Origin: a virus
Virus record (IMG/VR): IMGVR_UViG_3300032401_001693
Span: 1-64,000 of that record
Direction: 5' to 3' (one strand)
DNA length: 64,000 nt
Shown here piece by piece: positions 1 to 9,223 of the stretch; within the stretch, counting starts at the first letter, position 1; each line of letters opens with the position of its first letter. Position numbers and translations under genes: made by a program. A model generated the notes under the pieces. That model was not told the DNA's origin. It saw only the letters and a program-made list of their open reading frames with translations, and searched no databases.

Positions 1-189
1 GAAGTTAAAACTGACCTATCTCTTCACTTTGAAGGGTTTCTTAAACTTTTAGATTTCTATTACATCAACAAACGATTATATAAGTAGAATGATGGCCAAT
101 GGTGGCGAAAGCCAGAGTGATAGCACTGAAGTTATACGAGTAGGACTCTATAGAGCCTGCCCATTGGCCGTCAATTTAGGGAGGAGAAG

Positions 190-552
190 ATGGATATAAA
201 AGAGATTGATAGAGTAGTTGCCCATCTTGTTAAGGAATTAGGACAAGCTAAATCCCACATCAAGGAGTTGGAGGAGGAGGGGAAGAGGATTACCTCTTTC
301 CTTGGAAAACCAATGGAATATTGGATAGAACTTGATGTATATGCGAAGGAAAATATGTATGAAGAAATGATTCTGAAGATATGTAATTTAGAAGCCCACA
401 TCAAGGAGATTGAAGAAATAAAATTGGAGGAAGTTGAACAAGAGAGGGAACGCCTCTCAAAACTCTTAGTAGAACTCTATAAATTGGTAGAGGAGAAAGG
501 AGAGAGGGAACGCCTCTCAAAACTCTTAGTAGAACTCTATAAGAAGTTTTAG
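190..552 (+). CDS. hypothetical coiled-coil phage protein with internal duplication
   Basis: SD GGAGGAG before ATG; ERERLSKLLVELYK occurs twice. Confidence 0.6.
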   Translation: MDIKEIDRVVAHLVKELGQAKSHIKELEEEGKRITSFLGKPMEYWIELDVYAKENMYEEMILKICNLEAHIKEIEEIKLEEVEQERERLSKLLVELYKLVEEKGERERLSKLLVELYKKF

Positions 553-581
553 AATGGAGAAACTTTGACGGGGAGGGGAAG

Positions 582-839
582 ATGGATGAGAAGTGTGATC
601 ATGATAAAAGATTTAGGGGGGTATTGTTTACCACCAATGGGTGTTTAGCCTGCGAACTGGAGAAGATGATCTCTGAAAATGAAAGGTTAGGAGAGAAGCT
701 CAAGGAGTTGGAGGAGGAAAACTTGGAATTAAAAGAGGAGATTGAGAAACATATAAAACCAGGTTCATATATGTCATCATACGGAACGGTATATCCATCA
801 CACCACATGGCGTTAGCAAAACTGGTGAAAAAAGTTTGA
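582..839 (+). CDS. hypothetical protein (CxxC, coiled coil)
   Basis: ORF with GGAGGGG SD. Confidence 0.55.
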   Translation: MDEKCDHDKRFRGVLFTTNGCLACELEKMISENERLGEKLKELEEENLELKEEIEKHIKPGSYMSSYGTVYPSHHMALAKLVKKV

Positions 840-852
840 GGAGGAGGGGAAG

Positions 853-1026
853 ATGAAACAAAGTAGAAGTAAAGCCAGAAGGATTGCCATTCAGAAAGGG
901 GAAACCTTTCCTGAGATGGATATAAAAGAGATTGAGGGTAGATTGGGAAAAGGGAGTTTATGGGCAGATGAACATATTAACATTCTCCTCTCCTACATCA
1001 AGGAGTTGGAGGAGGGTAAAGAATAG
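853..1026 (+). CDS. small hypothetical protein (57 aa), partial paralog of 190-552
   Basis: Hand-translated; SD GAGGAGGGG; contains MDIKEI and IKELEE. Confidence 0.5.
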   Translation: MKQSRSKARRIAIQKGETFPEMDIKEIEGRLGKGSLWADEHINILLSYIKELEEGKE

Positions 1027-1114
1027 TTCCTAGCAGGTTTATATAAATTCTTTATATGAGTGAGTTTGAGTGGTATTTTCTTAACATAGGATTCTATAGG
1101 AGTAAATCTAAAAT

Positions 1115-1711
1115 TTGGAAGAAGAAAGCTTAGAAAGTCAAGAAAGCTTAGAAAACTTGGAAAGCTTGGAACCAGAAGTGGTGGAAGAACCAAGAAGACT
1201 TCCAATAGAAATAGATAAGCCTGAACCTCCTAAGCGAAAGTTAAGACCTGTAGAGATTAAGATAGCTGAGATGGCTGCTAGGGGATGGACTCCAGAAGAG
1301 ATTGCAAAGGAGGTACATAGATCTAGGGAAAGAGTGTATCTTATTCTAAAAACTGAAGAAGTATGGGACTATATGAAAGGTATTATTAGAGATACCTTTT
1401 CTGAGGGGGATAGGATACTTGTTCTTCTGTATAAGAAGGCTATGAAGGGGCTAGATGACGATCTCCAATCCTCAGATCCTGATGTTAGGAAAGTGGCTAG
1501 AGATCAAGTGCTCAAAACTGTACTTTCTAAGATAGGTGCTCTTACTGAGGGAGAAAAGACTCAGGTCAATTTGTTCCAGTTTATGGGTGGCGGGAAAGAA
1601 GGATCGGGCCAATCTCTAATTCAGTCCATGGATGATATAATACTTCAGAAACGGAAGGAACGGGGTCTTTCATTAAATGATGAGGATGACGAGGAGACTA
1701 TGCCCGTGTAG
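1115..1711 (+). CDS. HTH DNA-binding protein, possible terminase small subunit
   Basis: HTH-like EIKIAEMAARGWTPEEIAKEVHRSRERVYLIL, helical middle, acidic tail; lies upstream of TerL. Confidence 0.5.
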   Translation: MEEESLESQESLENLESLEPEVVEEPRRLPIEIDKPEPPKRKLRPVEIKIAEMAARGWTPEEIAKEVHRSRERVYLILKTEEVWDYMKGIIRDTFSEGDRILVLLYKKAMKGLDDDLQSSDPDVRKVARDQVLKTVLSKIGALTEGEKTQVNLFQFMGGGKEGSGQSLIQSMDDIILQKRKERGLSLNDEDDEETMPV

Positions 1712-1948
1712 CTTAATGGAAGAGCCTTGGTTTGTAGCCGAGAAGATGTGGGTTCGATCCCTTTAAAAACGGAGTTTCAATTGTTACATTATAAGGAGGT
1801 GGATTAAAGATGGAAATGAAATTTTTTTGGGAAGTATTGTTTCCACTTATAATAGTTGTTTCTGTTTGGGCAGGTGGTATTGTCTACGTTTGCTTAAAAC
1901 CTTCTCTTTGGCCAAAGTTATTTATGGGTTCGATTCCTACCGCGGGCT
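1702..1948 (+). pseudogene. tRNA-Thr(UGU) interrupted in the T-arm by an insertion
   Basis: 5' part GCCCGTG..TGT anticodon..GGTTCGATCC (1702-1761); 3' part GGGTTCGATTCCTACCGCGGGCT (1926-1948) completes the T-stem and acceptor stem. Confidence 0.7.
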
Positions 1949-1965
1949 TAGAAGGAGGCATATGA
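1810..1965 (+). CDS. small membrane protein (51 aa) inside the tRNA insertion
   Basis: SD AAGGAGG; MEMKFFWEVLFPLIIVVSVWAGGIVYVCLK hydrophobic segment. Confidence 0.6.
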   Translation: MEMKFFWEVLFPLIIVVSVWAGGIVYVCLKPSLWPKLFMGSIPTAGLEGGI

Positions 1966-2108
1966 AGATTAAGGAACTAATAGAAAAACTTTTAGAAGTT
2001 GAAAGAGATTATGGAAATCTACCGGTTTATGAATATACAACTCTTTCATCCTATCTCGGAATGGATGGTGTAATGGAGATCTATGATGATTATTTGGTAA
2101 TAAAGTAA
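1962..2108 (+). CDS. hypothetical protein (MKIKELIEKL...)
   Basis: SD AAGGAGG; ATGA overlap; more likely start of track ORF 1827-2108. Confidence 0.55.
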   Translation: MKIKELIEKLLEVERDYGNLPVYEYTTLSSYLGMDGVMEIYDDYLVIK

Positions 2109-2145
2109 AAGTCTAATAATCTATTTAATATAGGTAGGAGGGGAT

Positions 2146-2355
2146 ATGACAGAGTATAGTGGCAAGACAGGCAGCATTGGGATTCTGAGTTTAGGAGCAA
2201 TAGATTTATTGGGTCAGTTAACAGGGGACGATCTTTCTACTTGGGAGTTCCATGCTGGCCTTTCATTGGATCAGCGTGATTGGCAGGCAAAGATTCCAGA
2301 GAGTGAGCCACCAAGGCAGCCAAAACCAAGGAGACTTTTGAGACCTTGTGACTGA
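2146..2355 (+). CDS. hypothetical protein with C-terminal RRLLRP motif
   Basis: SD GGAGG. Confidence 0.5.
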   Translation: MTEYSGKTGSIGILSLGAIDLLGQLTGDDLSTWEFHAGLSLDQRDWQAKIPESEPPRQPKPRRLLRPCD

Positions 2356-2397
2356 TTGGAAAGAAGGCTCAAACTCTATGAAAGGAGGTGAGAAAAT

Positions 2398-2622
2398 ATG
2401 GGATGGACACCAGATCAAATAGTTGCACTACTTATGTTGTTGATCCAGTCCGGGTTGATTCAGGCTCTTGTGGATCTAATCACTGCTATCTTTGGTGGTA
2501 GCAAATCTCCAGAACAAGTTCACACTATGGTAATGGGGATATTGGCGCCTTTTGTTCCTGGAGAGGCAGTAGATGTAGTTGCCAAGTTAGTGTACATTGA
2601 AATCTCCAGACGTATTATCTAA
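2398..2622 (+). CDS. small hydrophobic protein
   Basis: SD AAGGAGGTG; hydrophobic helices. Confidence 0.55.
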   Translation: MGWTPDQIVALLMLLIQSGLIQALVDLITAIFGGSKSPEQVHTMVMGILAPFVPGEAVDVVAKLVYIEISRRII

Positions 2623-2653
2623 GAACTTTCTGAGAAAGGCTAAAGGAGGAACT

Positions 2654-3181
2654 ATGAAGCTAATTGAAGCAATGAAAAGTGTTAAGGAACTGAAAAGAAA
2701 GTCTTCTGATCTTAGGGATAAAGTCAAAATGTTCTGCGCTGACTATGAACACGAGAATCCTGCCTATGGTGATAAGCAGAAAGAACAGATCAAATCCTGG
2801 TTAGATTCCCATAGGGATATTGTGAAACAGATTCTTGATCTTAAGCTAAAGATCCAGAAAACCAATATCTCGACTCTAGTTACTATCACTTTAGATGGGA
2901 AAGATGTAGAACAGTCCATATCTGCTTGGATACTGAGGCGTGGGCAAGGAGTAGACCTTTATGGGTTAGCTCACGAAGAGCTTGCTATGTGGAGCCAACT
3001 TACTGATCGTGGTTTGAAAGAAGGCAAAGTGGCATCTTCAACAGGTGTTATAGAGACTAAGATTAGACGCTACTATGATCCTGCTCTCCGAGATAGGATG
3101 AAAGAGTTGTATATTTCGGAACCTCAAATCATTGATGCTACTCTGGAAGTAGTCAACGCTAGGACAGATTTAGTAGAATAA
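2654..3181 (+). CDS. DIP1984/DUF6847-like coiled-coil protein
   Basis: SD AAGGAGG before ATG 2654; MKLIEA start, KIQKTN, SISAWILRR, C-terminal IDATLEVVNART match the family pattern. Confidence 0.55.
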   Translation: MKLIEAMKSVKELKRKSSDLRDKVKMFCADYEHENPAYGDKQKEQIKSWLDSHRDIVKQILDLKLKIQKTNISTLVTITLDGKDVEQSISAWILRRGQGVDLYGLAHEELAMWSQLTDRGLKEGKVASSTGVIETKIRRYYDPALRDRMKELYISEPQIIDATLEVVNARTDLVE

Positions 3182-3199
3182 CTAAAAAAGGAGACTAAA

Positions 3200-3916
3200 A
3201 TGAAAAAATGTGTCGTGATTGTCTTATTTCTGAGTTTGGTTTTTTGTGGAGGAGTGTTTGCTCAAGTGAACCATATTGTGAATACTAATCTAAACACTAA
3301 CACTAATACTAACCTGAACACTAATACTAACCTAAACACGAATTTGAACACTAACACTAACCTGCAGGGTCAGGTTCAAGGCCAAATGCAAGGACAGTTC
3401 CAGGGGCAGGGTCAGGATCAGATGAATAACTGGTCACAAACTTTCGAAACACCCGATAGGATTACTGGAGTTATAGCTCCTAATCAGGTTGCTCCTTCAG
3501 ACTTAAGCTATGGTCAAGGTTCTCAAAGAAACGTAACTAAAGCATCCTGGATGCCGTTATTCGGTGTAGGAACTATTCAGCCTTTGGTTAGTACAGATTG
3601 CGTTGTTGAAGTGATTTGGATTGAATGTGACATAAAGTTTAAAAACCTTTACAAAACAGTACTTGACGGTATCAAGACTGCTACTAGTAAGGTTCCAGCC
3701 GCTGGTCTTAGGTATCAGATCATAGAAGTGGATTCTGCCAAAAGTTGGACTACTGGTGGGAGTATAGCTGGAAATGGTGTTGGTCCTACTGGGAGTGGTG
3801 GATTTGGAGTAGTTGGTGGTTTTGTTCCCAATATGGGAAGGTGGAAACAAAGTAACTTGTATAATATAGTGCTGGTTCAGGTTCAGGAGTTCAAATCCGA
3901 AATTAAGAAGAAATAA
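3200..3916 (+). CDS. exported protein with (NT)n and QG repeats
   Basis: Signal peptide MKKCVVIVLFLSLVFCGGVFA; NTNLNTN and QGQ repeats. Confidence 0.65.
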   Translation: MKKCVVIVLFLSLVFCGGVFAQVNHIVNTNLNTNTNTNLNTNTNLNTNLNTNTNLQGQVQGQMQGQFQGQGQDQMNNWSQTFETPDRITGVIAPNQVAPSDLSYGQGSQRNVTKASWMPLFGVGTIQPLVSTDCVVEVIWIECDIKFKNLYKTVLDGIKTATSKVPAAGLRYQIIEVDSAKSWTTGGSIAGNGVGPTGSGGFGVVGGFVPNMGRWKQSNLYNIVLVQVQEFKSEIKKK

Positions 3917-4096
3917 ATGTGGTATGAGGTTTCAGAACAGGACGAGTTAGAATGGAAGTTGAGTTGGGTGCAATGTCCAATCTGTTGTAACCAGTTCTGT
4001 ATTACAATATTAGGCGAATGCCCTACGTGTGGAGATAGTCGCATTAGCGACACCCATTCTAAGTGTATGGGGAAAACTGGAAAAGAGAAAGCGTAG
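3917..4096 (+). CDS. small zinc-ribbon protein (59 aa)
   Basis: Hand-translated; CPIC...CPTC. Confidence 0.45.
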   Translation: MWYEVSEQDELEWKLSWVQCPICCNQFCITILGECPTCGDSRISDTHSKCMGKTGKEKA

Positions 4097-4356
4097 CCTG
4101 AGACGACAAGAAGGCAATTATAGCATGGGTGAATACCATATTACTTCTCTGTAAGTGGATCGGCTGAAAACCGAGTTGATACTTATAGTGAACCCACTCA
4201 AGGCTGAAGGATTATGATTGAAGTAGGAAAGGCTAAGTCGTCGAAAGGTTTATGGTGCAAGGGTTAAGGATGAGGCTCGAAGCGTAAGCAGAGAGAATGT
4301 CCTGGGGAAAGTTGAGTTTCTTTCTCTCCCACTAGAACTTCCTGGGCTTCCCACAC
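4063..4356 (+). ncRNA. candidate structured ncRNA with periodic AAG(G) repeats
   Basis: No good + strand ORF; several hairpins; about 13 AAG(G)-like units at 4197-4290. Confidence 0.45.
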
Positions 4357-4444
4357 GGGAGGGCAAATGATAGATAAGGAAGATTTGTAATGAAAACAAG
4401 GGTTTAACCTCAATCGCTGCCCTACCGGCATGACGGGGAGAAGG

Positions 4445-4687
4445 ATGAATATGGATCCAAAGAAAATTATAGTAGAAGATATGGAGTTTGAGACTGTAAA
4501 AGAAGAATGGTGTGAGTATATGCTAGAGGATGGCGTAATGATAAAAATTAAACTCATAGCTACTGAAATTAGAAAAGTAGTTGGGGAGTATGACGAACTG
4601 GGCAGGCCAGTTTATCATTTTAAGTTTCAGACTGTAAATAGGATGATTTATCCTAAAGTAAAGAATCCTCAGGATTTAGTGAGTTAG
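4445..4687 (+). CDS. hypothetical protein
   Basis: SD GGGGAG; EEWCEYMLEDG...GRPVY. Confidence 0.6.
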   Translation: MNMDPKKIIVEDMEFETVKEEWCEYMLEDGVMIKIKLIATEIRKVVGEYDELGRPVYHFKFQTVNRMIYPKVKNPQDLVS

Positions 4688-5010
4688 ATGCTATTTAGTT
4701 CAGAAGAGATTTGCCAGAGTTGTATTCATGCCTGGTTTCACGAATGCTGCCAAACATTTTGCTACTGCCTACAAGGGCATGAAGACGATCAGGATGCTGT
4801 AAGTGGTAAATGCCCTTTTCATGTAACTGGTAAAAGAGTGTCTATGGAAGGAGGAAGGTGACTGATCAAATAGTATGAAACCTTTTCTGAATATTGCTTT
4901 AACAGTAGTTTGTATTTTAATCCTGTTTCCTGCCCACCCTTTGTTTTGGTGGGGGTTTGCTGTAATAGGAGCATATGTAGTATCAAAATCGGTAGTCGAT
5001 GGGTTATTCA

Positions 5011-5601
5011 ATGATTGAAGTAATTAAGGATTATGAGGTTGTAGTAGATAATTTTAGGGAGATCGCTACTGCATCTATCGAACGAAAAGGGTTCCATGAT
5101 CTAATGGTCTATTTACAGGGTACTGATTTTTTTACTGCTCCCTGTTCTACTATTTACCATCTAAATGTTGAAGGAGGATTAGTTCTACATTCTTTGAATA
5201 CGCTACTGGTTATGGAACGTTTGGTAGAAACCTATGGTGACTTTGCTTCTAGGTCAAGTCGGGCAATAGTTAGTCTATTCCACGATGTCTGTAAAGCTGA
5301 CTATTATGTCAAAACAATAAAGAATGTCAAAAAAGATGGAAAATGGGGAGAAGATGAAGTCTGGTCTGTTGAGGACAAATTTCCTGTAGGTCACGGTGAG
5401 AAAAGTGTTATTATACTTCAGAGGTTTATGGAGCTATCTTTGGAGGAGATTTTGGCCATTAGATGGCACATGTCAGCATGGGATCCAGCAGTTCATTTTT
5501 CTTACCTTAGTGGCAAATCATTTAATTCAGCTATGGATACCTATAAGTTACTAAAAGCTTTAGTAGTAGCTGATGCTGAGGCTACTTACTTTCTGGAGTA
5601 G
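5011..5601 (+). CDS. HD-domain hydrolase
   Basis: DFFTAPCS..YH..GGLVLHS, HDVCK, GHGEKS, AIRWHM, AD motifs. Confidence 0.85.
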   Translation: MIEVIKDYEVVVDNFREIATASIERKGFHDLMVYLQGTDFFTAPCSTIYHLNVEGGLVLHSLNTLLVMERLVETYGDFASRSSRAIVSLFHDVCKADYYVKTIKNVKKDGKWGEDEVWSVEDKFPVGHGEKSVIILQRFMELSLEEILAIRWHMSAWDPAVHFSYLSGKSFNSAMDTYKLLKALVVADAEATYFLE

Positions 5602-5613
5602 AAGTATGTTTAT

Positions 5614-5712
5614 CTACCAATGAGATTCTACCAATTAGATGCCTACCAATGAGACCTACCCAATGAGATTCTACCAATTAGATGCCTACCAATGAGACCT
5701 ACCCAATGAGAT
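5614..5712 (+). repeat. tandem iteron-like repeat, 7x CCAAT(G/T)AGA, with a ~43-bp higher-order unit
   Basis: Directly visible in the intergenic region before TerL. Confidence 0.85.
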
Positions 5713-5794
5713 GACAATCCTAAAATAGGAGAGTCAAATCCAAACTTCTAGAGCAATTTCCAGAAATAAGATTATCTATAATCCTAAATACTTT

Positions 5795-7240
5795 TTGGAG
5801 ACCCTTGTTGAAATAGTAGATAAAGACAAGAAGACTGTCCCCTTCATACTAAACCCACCCCAAGTCCGCTACTACAGAAATCGAACCTTCCGAGATATCA
5901 TTTTAAAACCGAGACAATTAGGATTCTCAACGGTTATCATGGGTCTGTTTCTACATGAAACCATGTATGTGCCTAATACCGTATCTGTTATAGTTGCGCA
6001 TACCTCAAATGATTCTGCAGATCTGTTCGATAGAGCCAGATTTATGTATAGTTCGGTTCCAGAAGTATTTAGGCCTTCATACAGGCGCTCCAACAGGAGG
6101 GAGCTATTCTTTGAGAAAATTAACTCAAGGTTTTATATAGGTTCTGCGGAGGCTAAGGATTTTGGATTATCTAAGACTATCAATAATCTACACTGCTCTG
6201 AGGTTAGTGCCTTGGCTTGGAGGCAGGACATGTTAGATGGTCTTTTAGAGGCAGTTCCTAGAAGTGGTCGTGTAGTTTTAGAGTCTACAGCCCGTGGTGA
6301 AGGAGGACCTTTTCACAAGATCTATGTAGGAGCTAAAGAAGAAACTAACGAGTTTAGAACTCACTACTACAGGTGGTATGAGCACAAGGAATACCAAGTG
6401 GCGCTTCATCCAGGTGAGAGAATGTCACTAGACGGAGAAGAACAGGATTTAGTAGATAGAGTGGGTTTATCATTAGCGCAGATTAAATGGAGAAGGGAAA
6501 AAGTATCTAGATTAGGTAAAATGTTTATCCAATGGTATCCTGAACTCGAGGATGAGGATGCTTTTATAAGGTCAGGAAGTCCAGTGTTTGATACTGAATT
6601 TCTAAAACTAAGAGATAAACAGCTATTGGAACAAAATCCTACGGAGATCTGGTTAGGTGGTGATTTGTATATCTATCGGGTAGCAGAGGCGGGTGCTAGA
6701 TATTATATAGGGGTTGATCCATCTGAGGGTGACATAAATTCAGACTATTCAGCCGCTATGGTTGTGCGTGGTTGGCCACTTCCAGTTGAACAGGTAGCAT
6801 TATTACATGGTCGTTGGACACCAGATATACTAAGTGAAAAGGTTTATAGAATAGGAATGGCGTATAATAAGGCTATGTTGGTGGTAGAAAGGAATAACCA
6901 TGGTCATGCGGTTATTCTAAATCTAACTAACGGAATAGTTAGACAGGGTGTAGTAAAATATCCGCCCTATCCTCAGATCTTTGTAGGTCCAGATAGGAAG
7001 TTAGGATTTTTAACTTCTAGTTCTTCCAAACCTCAGATCATCCAAGAGATAGATAGGGAGATGAGAAGTGGCGGACTAATAGTGAATTCTAAGACCTTCA
7101 TATCTGAGGCTAAGAAGTTTCAGTTTCTTAAGCAGGATAGGATGGGAGCAGCGTCTGGTACTCATGATGATGTGGTGATGGCCGCAGCTTTGGCGTTGGC
7201 AGGAGTGGGGTTAGGTGGATTTGATTTTAGCTTCACGTAA
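5795..7240 (+). CDS. terL: terminase large subunit
   Basis: Walker A LKPRQLGFST, Walker B LHCSE, ESTARG coupling motif, RNase H IGVDPSEG, VERNNHG, HDDVVMA. Confidence 0.95.
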   Translation: METLVEIVDKDKKTVPFILNPPQVRYYRNRTFRDIILKPRQLGFSTVIMGLFLHETMYVPNTVSVIVAHTSNDSADLFDRARFMYSSVPEVFRPSYRRSNRRELFFEKINSRFYIGSAEAKDFGLSKTINNLHCSEVSALAWRQDMLDGLLEAVPRSGRVVLESTARGEGGPFHKIYVGAKEETNEFRTHYYRWYEHKEYQVALHPGERMSLDGEEQDLVDRVGLSLAQIKWRREKVSRLGKMFIQWYPELEDEDAFIRSGSPVFDTEFLKLRDKQLLEQNPTEIWLGGDLYIYRVAEAGARYYIGVDPSEGDINSDYSAAMVVRGWPLPVEQVALLHGRWTPDILSEKVYRIGMAYNKAMLVVERNNHGHAVILNLTNGIVRQGVVKYPPYPQIFVGPDRKLGFLTSSSSKPQIIQEIDREMRSGGLIVNSKTFISEAKKFQFLKQDRMGAASGTHDDVVMAAALALAGVGLGGFDFSFT

Positions 7241-7250
7241 AGGAGGATTT

Positions 7251-7487
7251 ATGACGAATGAGCCAGAAGTACCTGAAAAATACCGAAGTGGTGGTCCTCA
7301 GATAGGCCCTTATTCTGGGCCTATAGAATATAGAAGTTATCAGAGTGCTTATTCTGGGCCTATAGAATATAGAAGTTATCAGGATTTGGATCACGCACAT
7401 TTTTATTCTGTCGGAAGGAAAGAGCAGTCAGATACTCCAGAAAAGTCTCCAGAAAAGCCTAGAAGAATGCTTAGGCCGGTAAAGTAG
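7251..7487 (+). CDS. hypothetical protein with internal duplication and C-terminal RRMLRP
   Basis: SD AAGGAGG; YSGPIEYRSYQ occurs twice. Confidence 0.5.
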   Translation: MTNEPEVPEKYRSGGPQIGPYSGPIEYRSYQSAYSGPIEYRSYQDLDHAHFYSVGRKEQSDTPEKSPEKPRRMLRPVK

Positions 7488-7496
7488 GAAAAGAGT

Positions 7497-7721
7497 ATGT
7501 TAAGAAGTTTGAAGAGTTTTAGTTTATGGATGTCTATAAGTTCTGTAGTTGGTTGTATATTTAATATCTATAAGAATCCTGTATGTTGGCCTATATGGGA
7601 AGTCAATGCATTGGGGTTTTCTTACTACTTTATATTTGTAAGAAAAGACTATGGTGCGGCTGTAATATGGTTATTTTACATATTCTTTGATGCTTTAGGC
7701 TGGTATGTATGGACTAAATAA
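7497..7721 (+). CDS. small PnuC-like membrane protein
   Basis: Three TM segments; CWPIW..N and GWYVW pattern. Confidence 0.5.
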   Translation: MLRSLKSFSLWMSISSVVGCIFNIYKNPVCWPIWEVNALGFSYYFIFVRKDYGAAVIWLFYIFFDALGWYVWTK

Positions 7722-8701
7722 CCTAAAACCAGCATAGGAGAAGAAATGGATATAAAATTTGCAAAACCAGGTGATAAAGAGGAAAAGCCTCCAGAGGATT
7801 GGAAGCTTGGTGAGTTTGTAGACGCTACAGGTAGGAAATTCAAGTCCTTTATAAGTGGCAGGTATAGGGTGAAGCCTAGCAAGTATATAATTACAAAAGG
7901 TAAACCTATTAAGAATAGTCCCTGGTGTTTTGTAGACTATAAACCAAGACCACGAGAGAACCAGTATGCTTGTAAATCGTGCCTTTGGGAACTTAGGTGT
8001 GGGAGTAAAGTATGAACGATTTGTATTTACTACTGGTTTTGATATTGATTGTTTTGAGGAGATAAAAAATGACAATAATAGAAAAAGCCCCATGTCTTCT
8101 TTCCCTTAGTACGCATGGAGGTGCAGTATTAGACGTAGGCTTTGCAGAGATAGTTTCTTGTTTGGGAGGATGGGCATTTCAGTTAAAAACTGATTCAGCA
8201 TCAAGAACCGATCTATATGAAAATATAGTTAGGGCATATATCGCAGCCATAAAGGAATTTGACAAGACATTCACCCTACCACCAGAAAGTGGACGGAGTG
8301 GATTGGTCGATCAATGGTGATCGCACATTTATCAGTTAAGTTAATTTTTTGGGTTAGCACTTCGATAAATAGCTTTGAACCTTTGTCATTATAAACTATC
8401 TTATAGAAGAGATTGTGGGCTCTCAGAATCAGGCAGCCCAAAAAGGATGTTAAGACCAGTTAGGTAGTATGAAAAGTTGGAAAAAGATTAGAGAAATCCT
8501 TGTTGAACCAAATGGTTATGATCCTACAGGTTGGATAGTTTGCGAATGTGGAAATAGGGATGTATTCATATCTGATACTCCAAAGGAATGTCATCTGTGT
8601 AAGAGGAAGTATGTTACTGAGGTCAAAGTGTTTGAGGTCGTAGATGGATAACGAAGAAAGAGAGCTTAAACGAGAAAGTAGGCTCATATCATCATGGTCG
8701 T

Positions 8702-9025
8702 TTGATTTCTGATAGGGAAAATGACTTGAGAAGAGGGCAAAGGGAGTTTACGGAGTTTGGACTTTGTTGTTCTTGTAACAATTTGGCCGCTAATATTACT
8801 GATTATGGTAGTAAGTTTGCTAAGTGTTCGGAGACTAACAGAAGACTTTCCTCGACGGATCCAGTTAAGCACTGCACTATGTATTATAGGTATGGATTGT
8901 TGGATCTTAAGGAGATGAAAGAGATGGCTATTCTAATAGATGCTAAGGGAAGTAGGAAGATAGGATTTCTCTACGATGAAGATGAACCTATTGAACTAGG
9001 AGAACTATATGCTGATAAAGATTGA
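8702..9025 (+). CDS. Cys-rich hypothetical protein
   Basis: ORF; GLCCSC, ends with KIGF motif. Confidence 0.5.
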   Translation: MISDRENDLRRGQREFTEFGLCCSCNNLAANITDYGSKFAKCSETNRRLSSTDPVKHCTMYYRYGLLDLKEMKEMAILIDAKGSRKIGFLYDEDEPIELGELYADKD

Positions 9026-9223
9026 GGATTTAGAAGAGCAATATGTTGGTATGGTAGTAAACAAAGTGGTGCATAATACTATTTACGCGTGGGTAGGTAA
9101 AAACACTGGTAAGCTATATGGTTTTAAAATAGTGGATCTTTTAAGTGGAAAAACAAGAAAAATCTCGTTTTCCGAACTAGATAGAATGTATAAGGAGCTT
9201 AAAAAAATGGGTGCTGTTGAGGA

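Noticed and set aside
1827-1961. N-terminal part of track ORF 1827-2108
   Set aside because: Better explained by the 1810-1965 ORF plus an SD-led start at 1962
5614-5712. Possible CRISPR array
   Set aside because: Units are 13-15 bp with no unique spacers, and no cas genes are present
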